DNA of 64,000 bases from Tubiluchus corallicola (Eukaryota > Animalia > Priapulida), in assembly GCA_030141605.1 (NCBI GenBank), contig JAQGDQ010000351.1, positions 124,001-188,000 of the forward strand, given 5' to 3'. Position numbers and translations under genes: made by a program. The notes under the pieces are model-generated. The model made no database searches and was not told the DNA's origin. It saw nothing but the letters and a program-made list of their open reading frames with translations. Shown piece after piece: positions 44,650 through 57,500 of the stretch (the stretch's first letter is position 1; each line of letters begins with the position of its first letter).

Positions 44650-44715
44650 TTCCATTAGTCATAAATTACATGTATATATATATATATATATACATGTAAT
44701 TTATGACTAATGGAA
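44650..44715. repeat. Perfect 66-bp palindrome centred on a (TA)n run
   Basis: ttccattagtcataaattacatg(ta)10catgtaatttatgactaatggaa. Confidence 0.95.
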
Positions 44716-47176
44716 AATCGAGCCTTTGATTTTAAGCCTGGCTGTTGGTTGACTAATTCCCTGACGTTTTCACTAACTGAATAACTATTTGCAAACAAAT
44801 TATTGGAAAAGCATTTTGCAAGAAAATCTGCCCTATTTCCAAGTGACCCAGTCTAAATCCATCGTTGCACTGGATGTTAAAAAAATAACTGTCACTCTTG
44901 CCAGACGGCGCCACTCGTAGTCTCTGCTGAGAAAGTCTTCTTCCCATGCCGATTGTTTAAATGAGGTCTTTATGCAAATGACCCGATTTTGTCTCCAGCG
45001 ACATAAAAATGTCAACGTCAAGAGAATGCTAAATCGTCGTAGTCCATTATAGCATTACATCGGCAAATATATCTGCCGTTGACTGAGTTGTGAAAAAAAT
45101 GACGCAAGTGATCCACTCGCTTTCACTTGGCCACCATTACACTTCGTGTTTATAGAGATTTGTAAACGCGCAATTTTAAACGATTAGGTCACCCAGGATT
45201 CAGGAGTGCTGTCACTGGTGTCAGGACAGGATATAGGTTAGGGCGCTTTAAAAGTAATTTCTAGTCAGGGCCGAATTTAGACCTTGGGGGTTCGGGCTAC
45301 TTCAGATTCGGAAGTCCCCGCAACATAAAAATTAAGTTACATGGCAAATAAAAGATGTACAAAAAAGAATGATAAACTGCATTTCTTTGAAAAAATAATT
45401 ATGTTAGCTGCCGACGAAAACTTCTGGTTTCATTTTATCTGAAATGGACGAGGCATGGGCGCTTTTGCAAGAAAAGAAATGATTTATTTTCATGAATACG
45501 ATTGTGTAAAATTGGAAACAACAACAATGTTATATACTAATATACGTGCAGTATAACTCATTTTGCGCGTGAAACGACACTGGTGCTAAACGCATATATT
45601 ATCATGCATTTATTATATTTCGCACCTGATATAACAAGAATGTTTACAGTTATTGTTTATCTTTGAAATTAATAAACGCATCATTTAGTCGACTTACTAA
45701 TTGATCTCGCAAGTCATGTTCGATTTGACAGCCTGTTATTTTAAAATTACACGTACAGGCAACCAATGAACTAAGCAACGCATTCTAGGTCGGTTTTCTC
45801 TATACAAAAGCACATCAAGTGTTCAATAATTATAGTGCTGTGATATTACACTATAGTTAAATCGCTGCACTACTAAATTTTGGCGTGCATACATTTTTTG
45901 TAACGCACATTTCTGTTACTTGTTGTTTTGACTTTTTGTGATGAACTACGTATTTTTGAAATAAAATGCTGCCATATTTTAATAAAATGCTAGTGTAAAC
46001 TTACGATGTCTTCTTCTGCTTCGTTTATTTTTAAAGCTGTTTAAGCTACACACAAAATAGTGAATTAAGAAGAAAAAGCTGAAAATGCAATGTCAATTGA
46101 CTCGTTTTAATTGTTATATATGTAATATCGCATATTACTGCATGCGTTTAATTTAGTGAAGCGATGATTCTTAAAAAATATTGTGAAATTAGGAAATTAT
46201 AGCAAATCATTAAAAATGTAATAAACAAAAATAAAAAAATACGTACAACATTAAATTTCATTAATGCCCAAATGTTTCGTGTCCAAGTGTCACGGTGCCC
46301 AACTGTCACGTACCCCTTGATTTTGTCCTGTGGTAGGCCTACCGTTGACCTGTACAAAAATGTATTATAGAGCTTGTAACGGACAACTATAAAAGTCTGT
46401 AATGTTTCGCTCTGAATAATTGTCAATCTTCAATTTTGAAGTCTGACTTCACGTCAAAAGTCAAAAATTGCATTCTTTTTTCATGCTGTTGCTTATGTTC
46501 TAGCAATTACGAGTTTCACATCTTTTTTTAATTCTCGTAAAACTTTATTTCGTTCTCTGTGTTTTACGTTTTCTAAGTCTTATTTAGTTTTACATCATTT
46601 CTTTTTTAATTCACACAAAAATTGTGTATAATTTTAAGGTATGCCTCGTTTTTTCATTTCTATTCATCTTGTCATGAAGTGCGCCTGAAGTCACTTTGAT
46701 TTCTAATTTTCTTTTTAATTTTTTTCTCCAATCTCAGCAAATTCTTACATGAATCAACAAGGGGCCTTGGCAATTCTTTTAATTTATTTTTGACTGAAAC
46801 CCCATTATGATGGTGATGACAGAAACGTTAAAAATGAAATGCAAAATCAGCCTGGTATGGGGTCCTTCGATCACCACATAAAGTTCAGTGGAAATTCAGA
46901 GCGTCGTATGGACCACACTGTTCTCTCATTACTAACAATGTAGTTTTTCAACAAAGTGCAGCCTTCCTTGTCACTTATGAACATTGAAAGACTTTCTCGA
47001 TGCAAATACCCAACTCGCCATTGGATAGGTCTCCAAAGCTCTTGACAGAGGTCCTAATGAAGGTAGCAAAAATACAAAAGCCTACTACTTTTGATGTAGT
47101 AGCGTTACTAAATTTTGACAGATTACAAAAATGCAGTACACAAGTAAATAGAAAACATTATGTGTTGACACCAAAG

Positions 47177-47182
47177 TTTATT
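47177..47182 (-). terminator. Candidate polyadenylation signal (AATAAA) of the Zasp-like gene, implying a 3'UTR up to ~1.25 kb
   Basis: Plus-strand tttatt, followed on the minus strand by GU/U-rich sequence. More proximal AATAAA copies lie near 47690 and 47870. Confidence 0.4.
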
Positions 47183-48424
47183 GAAAATTTTCTTTAAAAT
47201 AGCATTATAGTTATACAGTTGGCACACTAGAAAGCTACCGACCACTTGGCACCGATTGACAAATAATTATTCCGCTACTACGCATTTTGACAAAGAATAC
47301 CAAACATCAATTCTAGAAAAAAGTAAAGAAAAGCGTGGACGATTTAATATGCTTGCAGCTGACAACTAAAAACAAGGAGAACCGTTTGATCTGCGGCGTT
47401 TTTAATTGAGCATATCATTCACGCCATCTATTGAGAAAGAATCCAATTAAGAAGAAATAGCCCTCATTCCCCATTCTAAGTTTGGTATAAATCCATTCTA
47501 CTTTAATCTACGAACCAAAGTTAAAAACTGAACGTGCTAAAACTGCTGATATAATTTACCTTACAATAGTCAGATCATCAATTCTTATAATAAAATTACA
47601 ATGTTAGTCTAAACAACTAAAATAACATAGGCACAAATGTGAAACAAAATGTACTTTCCTATACAAAAAAAACTTTTTAATGTTTTTTGTTTATTAAATA
47701 TATAAGCTATTAATTATTATATTATCAACAGTCTAAATAACAATTCTAAAAGCAAAAGCTGCATTGACTAAATAGTAAATAATAAACAGAAACATACACA
47801 ATTTAACACAAACATAACAGCGCTGGATAATCATTGCATAAAAATCAAATTATGATCATCCATATTAATTTTATTCAGACATATGCTTTAAACTAAATTG
47901 TCTTCCGCTCGTCAAGCACTATGCTGCATATAAAATTTCGTGCTCATCTGTAGAACTAAAACTTTTCAATGCTTAAAGTGAAAAAAAATGCTTAGGTTAT
48001 GATATGCAATGCATCTACTAAGGAAACAATGTCAAAAACATGGGCATGCAAATGACACTGTAGTATTTTCAAGTGCACGCCATTAAAAACTTAAACTTCT
48101 CACATTGTTGTTGCATACCCTACCCTTGATGGAAAGGTAACACAAAATCGACCACATACTCAGGCTCTGCATAACAACTTAAATTATAATAATTAGTAAA
48201 GCAGCACACAATAATATGTGTAAACCTTTGTACTGGGTGCATGGAGTGCATCTCATGATGTATGAATGATATATGCAAATAAACTAGGAAAACAAGAGAT
48301 TCAATGATAATGTCATAAGAGAAATTCTACAATCGACTGACTTCGTCATAGCAGAAAAATTTAAAATAAAGAGTACTGTAAGATGATGTTATTAGTACAA
48401 TGATAATGTTTGGTTTTGGGTTGC

Positions 48425-48511
48425 TTAGTAACCACTGCCAGCATGACGCTTGCAGTATGGACGTCCTGCCTTAGCGTAGAAACTTTGTCCTTCTAAACAG
48501 CAATGGCAGAC
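48425..48511 (-). CDS. Zasp52: Zasp-like terminal coding exon (VCHCCLEGQSFYAKAGRPYCKRHAGSGY*)
   Basis: Acceptor tttttgcag|GTC, phase 0, 87 nt to TAA. Completes the last LIM. Confidence 0.95.
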   Translation of the reverse strand, partial: VCHCCLEGQSFYAKAGRPYCKRHAGSGY

Positions 48512-51500
48512 CTGCAAAAACATTAAAAAACTATGATAAATAAACAATTATATCACAGGGATATGTGTTTTCATGCTATAAATATGCACTCATATGGCAA
48601 GACACAGTAGAAATTTTTGCAGTTTTTCTAGTGGAAAAACTTCCCAGAGTTTCAAAACGTTACATCAATAACGATTATAATGGTTTTCTATTACAAATTT
48701 TAAACTCTAATGACACAGAAATGTATTTACATCTTTAGCATCTCAGCATTCAGATATAAACTGCATTAAAAAAATATAGTATAATTATAATCGAATACAC
48801 AGATCACAAGCTGCATTTAGCCCTGCCCAACTTAATGACATAACACACATTTTCATAAACTCCCTCGCTGCAACTGCTCAAACTGTACATAAACTGAAAC
48901 TAGTTAGTTAGAAACTTGCTACTAGTTAGTCTAGTATAGGTAAATTGCGTCTTAGTAATTTTGGTACTGAGATTATTTGCTCCTAAGAATTTTTGGTACT
49001 GCGAAATTTTAGCACTGGAAAAATTGGGTACAGAGAAAATGTGGTGCTGCTAAAAATTTAATAAAGCACTGTCAAAGTTTGACGAGCGTTTTCGGAACAA
49101 GTAAATCTGGTACAATGTAAAAATGGTACACAATAGATTTGGTCCTAGGAATATTCAATACTATGAAAATCTTTTATAAAACCTATAAAGTGATCACACG
49201 TCTAGACATTATAAATGGATTAGCCTAAAAGACTTATATAAGCAATAAGGCTTTAAACAACATAAGTTAATTACCACAAACAAACTGCGAATAACAATTA
49301 ACAGGTCTGCCAAATAATGTTCATTCTTAGCAAACATTACTGCATTGGTAGCATATAGCAATGAATCTCTTGTAATAGCATAAAATTTTATGAAAAAAAT
49401 GGGAAAGTAATTACTTAGGGACAGACAGCATTTTTGTTAATATGAAGACTCAGCTCATGTTAGCTCATGCAGCAAACTTGTTTGAGTTTTTCTGGCATGG
49501 AGAAATTGATAAATTTGGTTTTTTCTAATCTTTCCAGGCACTGTATGTCTGCATAATTATTTTACTCAAGCATAACGTTTTACCACTATAATGCAGAATT
49601 CTTGTTTGGCTGGTGAAAAAAATAATAATACACGCTTGACATTAACGCTCGTAGTATATTTCAATACATTTTCTGTCTTGTTTGGGAGACGCTTTGTTAT
49701 ATAACTCAGGTGAAGAAGAATGGAAGACAAAAAGACACCCTCGATTGTTGACTGACGTTTTGCGATCAGTGTATTTGATCGGTAGACAGGTAGAGGAAGA
49801 CATAATTAGTAAACCAACCCAAACTGCACACAACATAGAGGGATGGCAAGGTACCAAACATGACTATGATGAGCCTATCCCCTCAATTTTCTAGGCCCAA
49901 ATCAACCTTTAATAGTTTGTAAGTTAGGCTTTTCAACAAAAATTTTGGTGACTCGAAATTGTAGTAGGTCATCCGATTATCAGGAACACTAAACCTGGAC
50001 CAAATGTGAAAAAATCGCGAACGTATTCTTACCATGCACTTAAAGCATTGAGAGTGGTAGTTATTTCCAAGCGCCTCAACCCAATGATCTCCGGCTTCGA
50101 TCGAGTAGCCACAGCCGTGGCATTTAGTAGTGAACATCTCATTCCAATCTACAAAGTAACAGATTTTTTACATTTACTGACTTTGAACCATTTAACGTTA
50201 AGACATAATATGTAATTAACGTGACGATATTGCCTTAGTTCCATAATTTATGTGTGTGTGTGTGCGTGTCGCATTTACAAAAGACAATGTTAAAGTCAAA
50301 ATCATTTTTCTGAAAATGAAATCTGTGTAAATGATAGATGCGTTTTGTGCGAATTTTCTCAGCTAATCCGTGTGAAATGTAAACATCCTAACAAACCATA
50401 GTCCTGTGCTCTCATTAACATATATTTATTTAACAGTTATCCGGCAATCAGCACAAAGAGTTTAGTAAACAACCTCTGGTGGTGAAAATAGATTTTTTGT
50501 ACATATAAGGGTGCCTTTAACCATATTATAATGATAGTATGACAATGTTGCAGTAGGATGCTGCAGTTGCAAGTAATAAGTACAAATCATTGCTATTACT
50601 GGCTTGACAGCTCACACTTGTTATCAAGAAGAGTCAAATTGTAAGGAATGTACAGTTTTCTACTCAAGTACATCTTGAAATAACAATTAAGTTACAAAAA
50701 CAAGAACTTTTATGACTTCTAAAAAATAGTACATGAAAAAGATTTTTAACTTGAAAACACACAATTTCAGTGAAAGAAAATCGAGAAAAACTGCAAAACC
50801 ATAAGCTGGAGTCAATTTATTTTTTGCCATTCAGAGTTGAGTCTATGACACACAGTCATGTCAATCCAGATGTAATAGCTAGATATTAAAAAGACAAAGC
50901 AGGTTTGCAAAAAAAGGTGTATCAATAAGACAATTTAATAAATATTAAAAATTTTTCTGCTACTCGAACACAGTGTGACAGTCCAAGATAAACATTACGT
51001 ACCCTTCTCACAATAAGGCAGACCATCTTCAAGAAAAAACGAATTGTTTCCAAACGGGCGACCACAGCGGGCACATTTGAAACAATCAGGATGGTACTGC
51101 TTCTCCATTGCATTCAAGCAGTCCTATATAAAACAACGTAAAATGTCATTCTTACCCTTTTCGCAATAAGGTATGCCGTCTTCCACATAGAAGCTGTCGT
51201 TACCAAAGCTGCGGCCGCACCTACTGCAGATGAAACAGTCGGGATGCCACTGCCTCTCCATGGCATTTAGACAGTCCTGAAAGTTAAATCACAGGTAGTT
51301 AAAATATGGGTGGGGCGAAAGGAAGGGACGCAGGTAGTGTAAAAAAATTGCTAATAAAAAGCATGCACTTATATTAATACAAATCAACAGTTTTCGAAGT
51401 TTTTTAAATAACTGGCTAATACGTAAAAAACTACAGGGTCATCCAAAAAAAGTTCTCTTAAATTAACTCAGAACCTTTCAGCCTGGGAGAAGTATGTGTG

Positions 51501-54500
51501 AGAGTCCAACTTCACCATGCAGTCCACTTTTTCCTCTTTCCAAAGAGTTAAAATTTCCTGCCAAGACCTCCAACAAGTGCTGCTAGAACGTTTTTTCCAC
51601 AAGGTTCCTCTGGGAATGACAACGGGGAAACTTCCAGAAGTGTCCATTTTTGCACATCTGCAGAATATACGCGGTGTAGAAAGAGCATCCTAGCAGCACT
51701 TGGTGGAGTCTTGGAAGGAAAGAGGAGAAACCAGGCTGTACAATGAGGGTCTTTTTCACAGATGCCTCTGCCAATATGAAGGGTTATGAGCTAACTTGAG
51801 AAAACATTTTTCAGGCCAACCCTGTACATAAATAAATATTATTTATGATATCCAAAAGAACATTAAGTCAGGAATTGCAATAACTGTGTAAATAAAAATC
51901 AGTAATAGTGATGTGAAAGGATATAAACTTTTTAGTGTGAAACTAATGAGGGTGACAAATTGTGCCAAAAACTGGTTGGCTCAACTAAACATAGACTGGA
52001 ACAAGTGCCCTTTTAAAAAGAATTGCACATCAAAGCAAAAAGCCATGTGCAACCCTATGAATGCTTTCAAACTAGAGAGCTTTCTCGCCAAGTAAGCTTG
52101 CAGAAGCTCACCTAGATAACTCGCAGACGCTCACCAAATAAACTCGCAATAGCATGCAAGCATGTTCAAAACCTGATGCGAGCTATTACGAGTTGCTGCG
52201 AGTTACTTCTAAACATTGTAGTCAGAGAGAAAACTCGCTAGTCTGAATGCACAGTAAGTGCTGCTCGATTGTGTGACATGCAAAAGTAGTGAAAAGAAAA
52301 TATAAAACCAGCCTTTAAATGCTTAGGTGTTGGAGCTTTATTGATACGTTATTGAAATAAAATTGGGAAGTGAAAATAATGCAACTCATGAGCTGATATG
52401 GAAAACAGGAAAGCTAAGGAAGATGAGTAGTTGCATCTCTGCATCTCTGTAATGAAGTGATTAGTTAAAAACCTGCAAACAAATTAGCAAATTATTGAAC
52501 ATACTTCGTACAGCGTCAGCACTAAAAAGCAAGCTATCTACAAAACTAAGTTACATAACAAAATTAACATAGTTCTAGCATTACAAAACTGTATCAAAAA
52601 GATACCAATATCAATAAAAATTAATTATTTACTAAACATGATTAAGAGGCCAAATAATACATGATGCACATGTAATGAACAAAATGTGCTAAGCTATGTG
52701 AAACACAAAACAAAATTTACATTATTATTATTTGTGCCTATGTGAATGTTAATTATGTTCCCTTTTGTGTAGTCAAAACTACAAGCAAGATTCAAGTTAC
52801 CCACACGATTTCCTAACGATTCTCCCAACTTGTAATTCTCATTTTTATTAACTGTGTTGGTAACAACAACATGACATAAATCAAGCAATGGGAAACAAAC
52901 TAATCCAACCAATCCTGAAAATTTCTGAAAATCTTAGAACGTATCAAGTTTTACACGGTCTGAAAAAACAAATCTGAATTGCAGATTCAAAATCACAACA
53001 CAAAACAGATTTGTGATACTCACTCCAACAACAGGTCGGGCACATTTCGAACATCTTGGGGCAAAGTACATCTCATAATCCTTCTCACAGTATAGCTGCC
53101 CATTTTCCTCCACAAAGCCGATGTTCTGCAATGGGACTCTGCAGCGGGCGTTGGCGCAGATGAAATGTTCCGGGCACCAAGTCTTGCCGATGGCAGCAAT
53201 GAACGGTCCTCTGTAAAAGAAAACGCAAAACTCGTAGGCGATTATTTTTCTTACTGATGATATGCAGCAACCTCGCAGTCCGACAAAAGCAGAAGCTGAC
53301 CACATGTTTGCTTTGTTTACATATGTCATAACAAATAACATCATACCTAATAATTTGCAAATTTAAGACATGAGCAGATAAAGAAAACGTTGAGATTAAA
53401 TCTGGGCGCCAAACTACAAAAAATTATTCATATTTTAAATTTCAAGATGATTTTAAATGATGGGATGACAGCCAAAGGCACAAGTAATGAGTTTTTTTGA
53501 AACTGAATTTGATCTAAAGAAGGGAAATGACAAAAATCAGGATACAGCCTTGAAAAGTCCCACAGTGTCAACATGAACCCACATAAAGGTAGTATGAAAC
53601 AGTCAGGACAGAGCCTGGATTTGAACTACGGACTTTTCAAGGCTCTACCTCAGACTTTTCAAATTACCTTTTTGTAAATAAAGAAAGAATGCGAAGAAGT
53701 CAAACAGAGCCTGGACTTGAACTGAGGAGCTGTGAGACTCTACCCTGAATTTTTCACATCATATTGCTGTGGATTCATTCCATCACCAAATGTACAAATT
53801 TTAACAAAAAGCTTTATTATATTTAGTAGAAATGAAATTGCAACTTGCTTCAGAGAGAATCATAATAGTATATGATACTTTCAGTGCCCATCAGGGCGAT
53901 TTCATTTTGAAATGATAGATCTTTTTATTTTCCTTTCGCTTAGCAAACAAAAGATTTGTACGGTATGTTTGTGCATTTCGGAGATATCTTACTACGCTAA
54001 ATTTACAACCGTTTAAAATAACTTTTATGGACGATCCACTGCCCTAATGTCCCACAGCCATTAAACTATGCAAGTGCCGTAGTAAAAGCAACAATGTTAT
54101 AATCCGGCAGGAATTAACGGCTGTTTTAACTAACATGGAATTGAATTAAGCTCCATGAAGCCGGCCAAGTACTCAAGCCAGTGCAAAGCCATCTGCCTAC
54201 AACGCTCATGGCACTTGAGACTTGTTGATGTTTTTGTTCTATTTTTGAGATATTCTTCACAAACATGTAAGCCGCCTGGTATGTACAGCTCGAGAACTAA
54301 ACACCTAAAATTTATCGCCCACAAGCTGTGACTCTCTCAGGAAAAGAGACTGTGTGTAATGTACAGTAGTGCCATATCTTTAAGTCTTTCTCCCCAGAAC
54401 TGTTTATACTCTTTCATGTTTGAACTTGCTGGAATGCAGTCTAGAGGGCAATCATCTCAACTAAATGCTGTAAAACTAAACTCGTGAGAGTTAAACGAAG

Positions 54501-57500
54501 ACTGAGGCGACCATAACTCACTCAGCCGAAACGTTTAATACAAATGCAGCCAAAAATTCTTCAGGTATCAACAAACATCGTCCTTAATGTACCTGGAAGT
54601 GCACGACTGTGTGACACATTGTTCCATCTGATAGTTCTGAGTGCCATCCCAATCTTGCATGTAAAAGCATTTTTCAAATCAAAAACTGTAATAGTCTTTT
54701 CAATCAACAAAACACCAGATTTTGAAAAATGTAATAGTTCCAGGGCCATCAGATGTAAGAAATGCAAAATTTATTAAATACATCAATGACTTCTTCAGCG
54801 AAAAATCATTAAGAAAATCAAGCGACAAAAAGTGAGCTGGTTTTCGTTAGATAAATTAACCGGCATTCAGCAGACACAATTATCAAGAATTTTGACGGAT
54901 AAATCCATAAAATTTTGTCAGGCAAAAGCGATAGGTACTCAACAGACGCAGTCAATATAAATTTCCTTATATATTTGGTAGCTCCTTCAAATGCAATCAG
55001 TGGGAGTTTTACTACACATGGTCAACTGAGCTTCAGAAAATATGTTCAGCAGAAACTTTATAGGACACAGTACATGCAAGCTTTGTCAAATATTCTCAGT
55101 AAATTTCAATGGTAGCTTTTCCAATTGATTGAAATATGACCAATAGTAGCTTCATAATACATAAATAGTAAAAGCTCTTCGAGACATTCAATAGACACTT
55201 CCTCAAGTCTAATCAAGAGAAACTTCAATAGACACAATCAGCAGCAGCTCTAATACAACACAATTAACAGAAGCTCTAATACAACACAATTAACAGAAGC
55301 TCTAATACAACACAATCAACAGAAGCTCTAATACAACACAATCAACAGAAGCTCTAATACAACACAATCAACAGAAACTCTAATACGACACAATCAACAG
55401 AAACTCTAATACGACACAATCAACAGAAGCTCTAATACGACACAATCAACAGAAGCTCTAATACGACACAATCAACAGAAGGTCTAATACAACACAATCA
55501 ACAGAAGCTCTAATACGACACAATCAACAGAAGCTCTAATACGACACAATCAACAGAAGATCTAATACGACACAATCAACAGAAGGTCTAATACGACACA
55601 ATCAACAGAAGCTCTAATACAACACAATCAACAGAAGATCTAATACGACACAATCAACAGAAGGTCTAATACGACACAATCAACAGAAGCTCTAATACGA
55701 CGCAATCAACAGAAGCTCTAATACAACACAATCAACAGAAGCTCTAATACGACACAATCAACAGAAGCTCTAATACGACACAATCAACAGAAGCTTAAAG
55801 AGACATAAAAAACAAAAGTTTCGTTACTCTACAATAAATAGAAGCTTATAAAGGCATAATCAACAGACATTTCATAGGACACAATCTACAGAAGCTTTAA
55901 CAGGCTCACTTAGTGGAAACTTTTTAGGAAAAAAAATCAACAGAAGCTTCAACAGACACAGGTAAAGAAACTTAACAGCAGCTTCAAAGTTTCACAACCA
56001 AAACAAGATTTCTGGAGTACAACTAAAAGATGGTTCATTAAAAGGAATTAATAACCAAAAAATTCCAAAATTTTTTTACGAACAGATTCTCCACAGATTC
56101 CCAAGGTAAAAAATGACAATTGAATGATATACTAACTAAAAATTCTCTTTTCACTAGTTCAGATACCAAATTAGTTTCTAAACTTGCGTCATTATTTAAC
56201 ATGTTAAAAGCATAGCCTTTTTTGTAACATGTAAACTTAACTTTGGCAGAGCGGAAAAATTTACCTTATTGGACCACCACATGCTGAGCACACAGGTACC
56301 CGTCCTGCACCTGGCTGATTCATTACACCACGTCCACGGCGTGGACCAACACCAGTGCTTCCATACCTGCTGCTAGGGGCACTGCTACCACCTCCTACAG
56401 AGAAATATTAGTTTACAGTACAGCAAAATCACATTTTTTTTCACAAGTATCACTATCAGTGAAAATAAAAACTATCAACGAAAAAGCGGAAAAGCAAAAA
56501 ACTGATATGCAAGTTTTTTGCAAATGACTATACCGTAGTAAGACATAACCTTGCTCGTAGATTAACGCAACTTGTATGGCACAGTTCAACTGAGCCAGAT
56601 TCCTACAAGCAGACGTGTACCAGATATAGTTGGTTACTCATGACAGAGGGCAGCACATGCAGACATAAAACAGCCGCGCTATGAATCAGGATTTTACTGC
56701 GGATGTGAAGACGACCAGCCCCAGTAGTGCTCGCAGATGCATTCCTATTTCGGCTCGACTGGTGTCGGTTTCCAAATGACAAGTCAAGGTAAATAACCAT
56801 CAGTTAGATGTGTCTGGTAATCCAAATGTTTTAAATGGAACACAAATTACAAAGTCTAGACATCAAATGCAGGCATTAAAAATGGAAATAAGACACTAAT
56901 TAAATGATTGCCCACAAGTTAAATTAAATCAAGAAAAAATAAATATAAAAAATCGCACATCAAAATATTTTAACTTAAAATAGGTAAGACAACTGCAGAA
57001 AAAAGTAAAACGAAATAATCGAGAAGCATATCATTAGAAAAAAAAGAGCAAATGTAGCATGATAGTCAATCAATAGTGATAATTAAGCATAAGCAATTCT
57101 CATAAAACCAAGACAAATTACAAAAAAAACCCGGCTTAAGTATGTCTGAAACAGAAAGCATGCAGTAATAATGAGTATTCTGAAAGGGCAGTAATTAGTT
57201 AGGGGCTCATCTACATAGTTTGTTCGAAAATTTCAAATTTGGTGGTAAACCATATCCGTATCTTAATGAAAATTCAACTACACCTACAGTACCTACAATT
57301 ACATGGGTTAGTTTGCGACAAAGCAACATTTAATTCGAGATCATGAATATTGTCCTATTCCTACAGTCGCGCAATAATCAAGTCAAGGGATAGTTTAGAT
57401 AGTGCTGCTCCTGCCATGTTCTGCTTGCACGATTTCCAAGTGTAGCGTTTTCTGCATCTTAGCTGCTATATGAAATTAATCTGTAGAAAAATCTGCGAGC

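Noticed and set aside
51003-51276. Exons A and B as a constitutive extra LIM or an assembly duplication
   Set aside because: Phases are incompatible, there is no second N-terminal CxxC, and synonymous divergence is far too high for a mis-assembled allele
55231-55795. CRISPR-like array, and TAATACGAC resembling the T7 promoter
   Set aside because: No unique spacers and no cas genes, and it sits in a eukaryotic intron. The T7 match stops after 9 nt.
56603-56800. GC-richer intronic ORF as an extra exon
   Set aside because: The obvious acceptor leads to an in-frame stop in the required phase, and the peptide shows no family resemblance
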